A DNA stretch of 64,000 bases, taken from the IMG/VR virus record IMGVR_UViG_3300045988_165705; one strand, written 5' to 3'. A program made the translations under genes and the position numbers. This stretch comes from a virus. Under the pieces are notes generated by a model, which ran no database searches, was not told where the DNA came from, and saw only the letters and a program-made list of their open reading frames with translations. This document shows, piece by piece, positions 61,939-64,000 of the stretch. Numbering within the stretch: the first letter of the stretch is position 1; the number at the start of each line of letters is the position of its first letter.

Positions 61939-63426
61939 TTATCCCCAGTCGTCAGAGTCTTCTCTGGACTGTTCCCCGGAGTCGGTCAGGCCTCCTGCAT
62001 CCTTCTGCGGAGCGCCTCCCTCATCGGTTGCCGCAGTGCTTGCAGAAGAACTCTGCGTAGAAGAACTCTGCAGCGGCTTAAACCGTTCGGCAAGACCGAG
62101 CACATCATTTTCAAGAAAACTCATGCAATCAACTTCGCTCTGAGACAACCCCTGCGATGCTGCATACATAGAAATAAAGGGAAGTCCATACTGGCACGCT
62201 TTGAGATACATATCTCCCAGTTCTTTCCTGTTAAAAGGACTGCAATCAAGGAATGTGATTTTGAAATTCTTTCCGTACCCCTGATACTGAATGAAGCGGT
62301 TGACCATATCCTCAATGCTTTTTACAATGCCAAAGGTAACCGCTTGGTCTGCCTTGATAGAAAGCAGCAACGCATTTGCGGATGCTTTATCATTGTTGAA
62401 CAGGAGCGAAGATACACCCGCCGCTGTAAAGAGATTCTGTTCAGCGTCAGAGATGGTATTCGTGTCACCGGTATTGGACTTCTCAAAGCTTATCTTGTTG
62501 ATAGGCATAGGGGAGAGAACACTGCCGATTTCCTCCGGCAGTACGGAATCCAGATTGCGCCAAAACTCTTTGGCCTTGTCCAAATCCATCTGCCATTCGC
62601 CATCCTCGTTGATACCAAGTGTCATAACAAGCATTGCATAGTTCTCAAGAGTAGTCTTGGTGAGCTTTAGCTGCTTATAATCTTCGAGGTCGTACACCTC
62701 CCGCAGAATGCCTGCGAACGGAGGAATAGCGTAGTCCAGAATATCATTGTTGCACTTGATAGCGAATGAGGTCGGGGAGTCCAGCTCCTGCCACTTCCGC
62801 TGTCTGTTCTTCTGATAGACCTTGTACTTGGTCTGGAACTCTGTCGGATAAAACTCCAGATACTGCGAGTGACCATCAAAATAGGAAAAATCGAATGTCA
62901 CATTCAGTACATTCCCCTCAATAGTCGAGATGGCGCAGTAATCAGCCGGAAGCTGCTGGATGGTAATGCTGTCGCTTGTGACCCACAGCGTTCCGTAGAA
63001 AGTGTCCTCGCGCAGACACACCGTCAATATCTTAGGAAACTGTGACCGCACATTCATTGCAGACATGGTATTCAAAACCTTTCTGTAGTTGCGGTTGACT
63101 GATTTCATATTGACGGTCTTAGGGTCAATGTGGTAAGGAGAGACAACATATGCAAAGTCGGAAAGGCCAGTGAAATACTGGATGAGCCTGCGGAAATGGG
63201 AACTCGCCCCATAGATATAAGTAACTGCCTTGCGAAGCTGCTTCTCATACCGGTACGGGTCGGTCAGATATGTAGAAATGTCGTCTTTCTTATATAGAGA
63301 AAATGTAGGCGCATTGGTATTATTGTTCAAATCCCTTGTAATCAGATGATTAAGCAGGGCGAACTTTCTGGAGATACCAATCATGCCCTCCATATTGGTA
63401 GACTTGCCGTTTTCAGAATTGCTCAC
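61939..63426 (-). CDS. portal protein
   Basis: 495 aa, immediately downstream of the terminase, with an acidic C-terminal tail. Confidence 0.6.
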   Translation of the reverse strand: MSNSENGKSTNMEGMIGISRKFALLNHLITRDLNNNTNAPTFSLYKKDDISTYLTDPYRYEKQLRKAVTYIYGASSHFRRLIQYFTGLSDFAYVVSPYHIDPKTVNMKSVNRNYRKVLNTMSAMNVRSQFPKILTVCLREDTFYGTLWVTSDSITIQQLPADYCAISTIEGNVLNVTFDFSYFDGHSQYLEFYPTEFQTKYKVYQKNRQRKWQELDSPTSFAIKCNNDILDYAIPPFAGILREVYDLEDYKQLKLTKTTLENYAMLVMTLGINEDGEWQMDLDKAKEFWRNLDSVLPEEIGSVLSPMPINKISFEKSNTGDTNTISDAEQNLFTAAGVSSLLFNNDKASANALLLSIKADQAVTFGIVKSIEDMVNRFIQYQGYGKNFKITFLDCSPFNRKELGDMYLKACQYGLPFISMYAASQGLSQSEVDCMSFLENDVLGLAERFKPLQSSSTQSSSASTAATDEGGAPQKDAGGLTDSGEQSREDSDDWG

Positions 63427-63444
63427 TCAGGTATCACCACCTTT

Positions 63445-64000
63445 CTATTTTATTTTTGGCGGCTTAAACATGAAGAAATCACTGGAGTTAAATTCTGCCG
63501 CCTTTGTGCGGATAAGCTTACTCTCAAGCTGTGCCGCCACATAGTAGTTATAGCTAAGGCTGGAATAGCGGTCTTTCCGCATACCTGCCCGTTCAAAAAT
63601 CTTTACCCGTCCACCGGACTCGTCATGCTGTAGTTTGACCAGTTCGTCAACCAACAAGGTCGTGTGGATATACGGCATCTGCAGCCTGACCTTTTCAGCG
63701 GGTGAAAGGCTGGCGTATCCTCTGATTTCAGACAGGATGTTTTCCGCCTCATACTCCGTAACGAGAAGGCGTATCTTGCCGCTTCGGAAACCCTCACGCA
63801 GCAGGACGGCACATTCGGAGTTCAGCGCAGGATTGCCCTTGATTGCCCAGATGACTTTATCTGCGCCCTTTACCGTGCATCTGTCTGCCATCTCCTGATT
63901 GTTACAACAGGACAGAGCAGGATAGATTTCACCGCTTTCCGGGTCAACCATATCTCGAACCAAAGCATCATACACGCCGAGTCCAAGCCCGGTGCAGTCC
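63445..64000 (-). CDS. terminase large subunit, C-terminal part (runs off the window)
   Basis: The frame stays open to position 64000 (DCTGLGLGVYDAL). The nuclease-domain end is MRKDRYSSLSYNYY. Confidence 0.7.
   Translation of the reverse strand, partial: DCTGLGLGVYDALVRDMVDPESGEIYPALSCCNNQEMADRCTVKGADKVIWAIKGNPALNSECAVLLREGFRSGKIRLLVTEYEAENILSEIRGYASLSPAEKVRLQMPYIHTTLLVDELVKLQHDESGGRVKIFERAGMRKDRYSSLSYNYYVAAQLESKLIRTKAAEFNSSDFFMFKPPKIK

Noticed and set aside
1-64000. CRISPR arrays, tRNA/rRNA genes, IS elements and prophage-host junctions
   Set aside because: I saw no spaced direct-repeat array. The only tandem repeats are in-frame coding repeats in fibre genes. No cloverleaf-like or rRNA-like stretch and no transposase were seen, and phage genes run to both window edges. 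A tRNAscan or Infernal run would be needed to exclude small RNAs formally.

Overview
The whole 64 kb window reads as one temperate, siphovirus-like phage genome. Gene content suggests a Gram-positive anaerobe host: class III RNR, a sortase-type anchor, and PBSX-like XkdX/XhlA lysis genes. No host flank is visible.

The left arm (1-24.2 kb) is on the plus strand, apart from one CI/LexA-like repressor. It carries small early ORFs, a lone MazF/PemK-like toxin with its own near-consensus promoter, an ERF/SSB/Cas4-like recombination module and a DnaB/primase/DnaE replisome. It also holds a large nucleotide-metabolism island: ThyX-like, dNMP kinase, 5'-deoxynucleotidase, NrdH-NrdD-NrdG plus a ferredoxin:thioredoxin-reductase-like protein, SHMT and dUTPase. 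The arm ends with a sortase-anchored surface-protein moron and a large serine integrase.

The two arms converge on an AT-rich non-coding gap (24.2-24.5 kb). This gap has a bidirectional terminator and a 39-bp dyad element that I propose as attP.

The right arm (24.5-64 kb) is on the minus strand. Read in coordinate order it carries the lysis cassette (XhlA-like, holin, 738-aa multi-domain endolysin), XkdX, and a long array of tail-fibre/baseplate genes. After those come a Tal-like protein, a 2140-aa tape measure, the major tail protein, head-tail genes, capsid, scaffold/protease, portal and a partial large terminase.

The strongest finding is a complete diversity-generating retroelement (DGR) inside the fibre module. 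It comprises a 669-aa target protein, Avd, a 134-bp TR and a reverse transcriptase. TR and VR differ at 15 positions, and every one is a TR adenine on the coding strand.

All calls come from reading the sequence and the ORF translations by eye. No database search was run.
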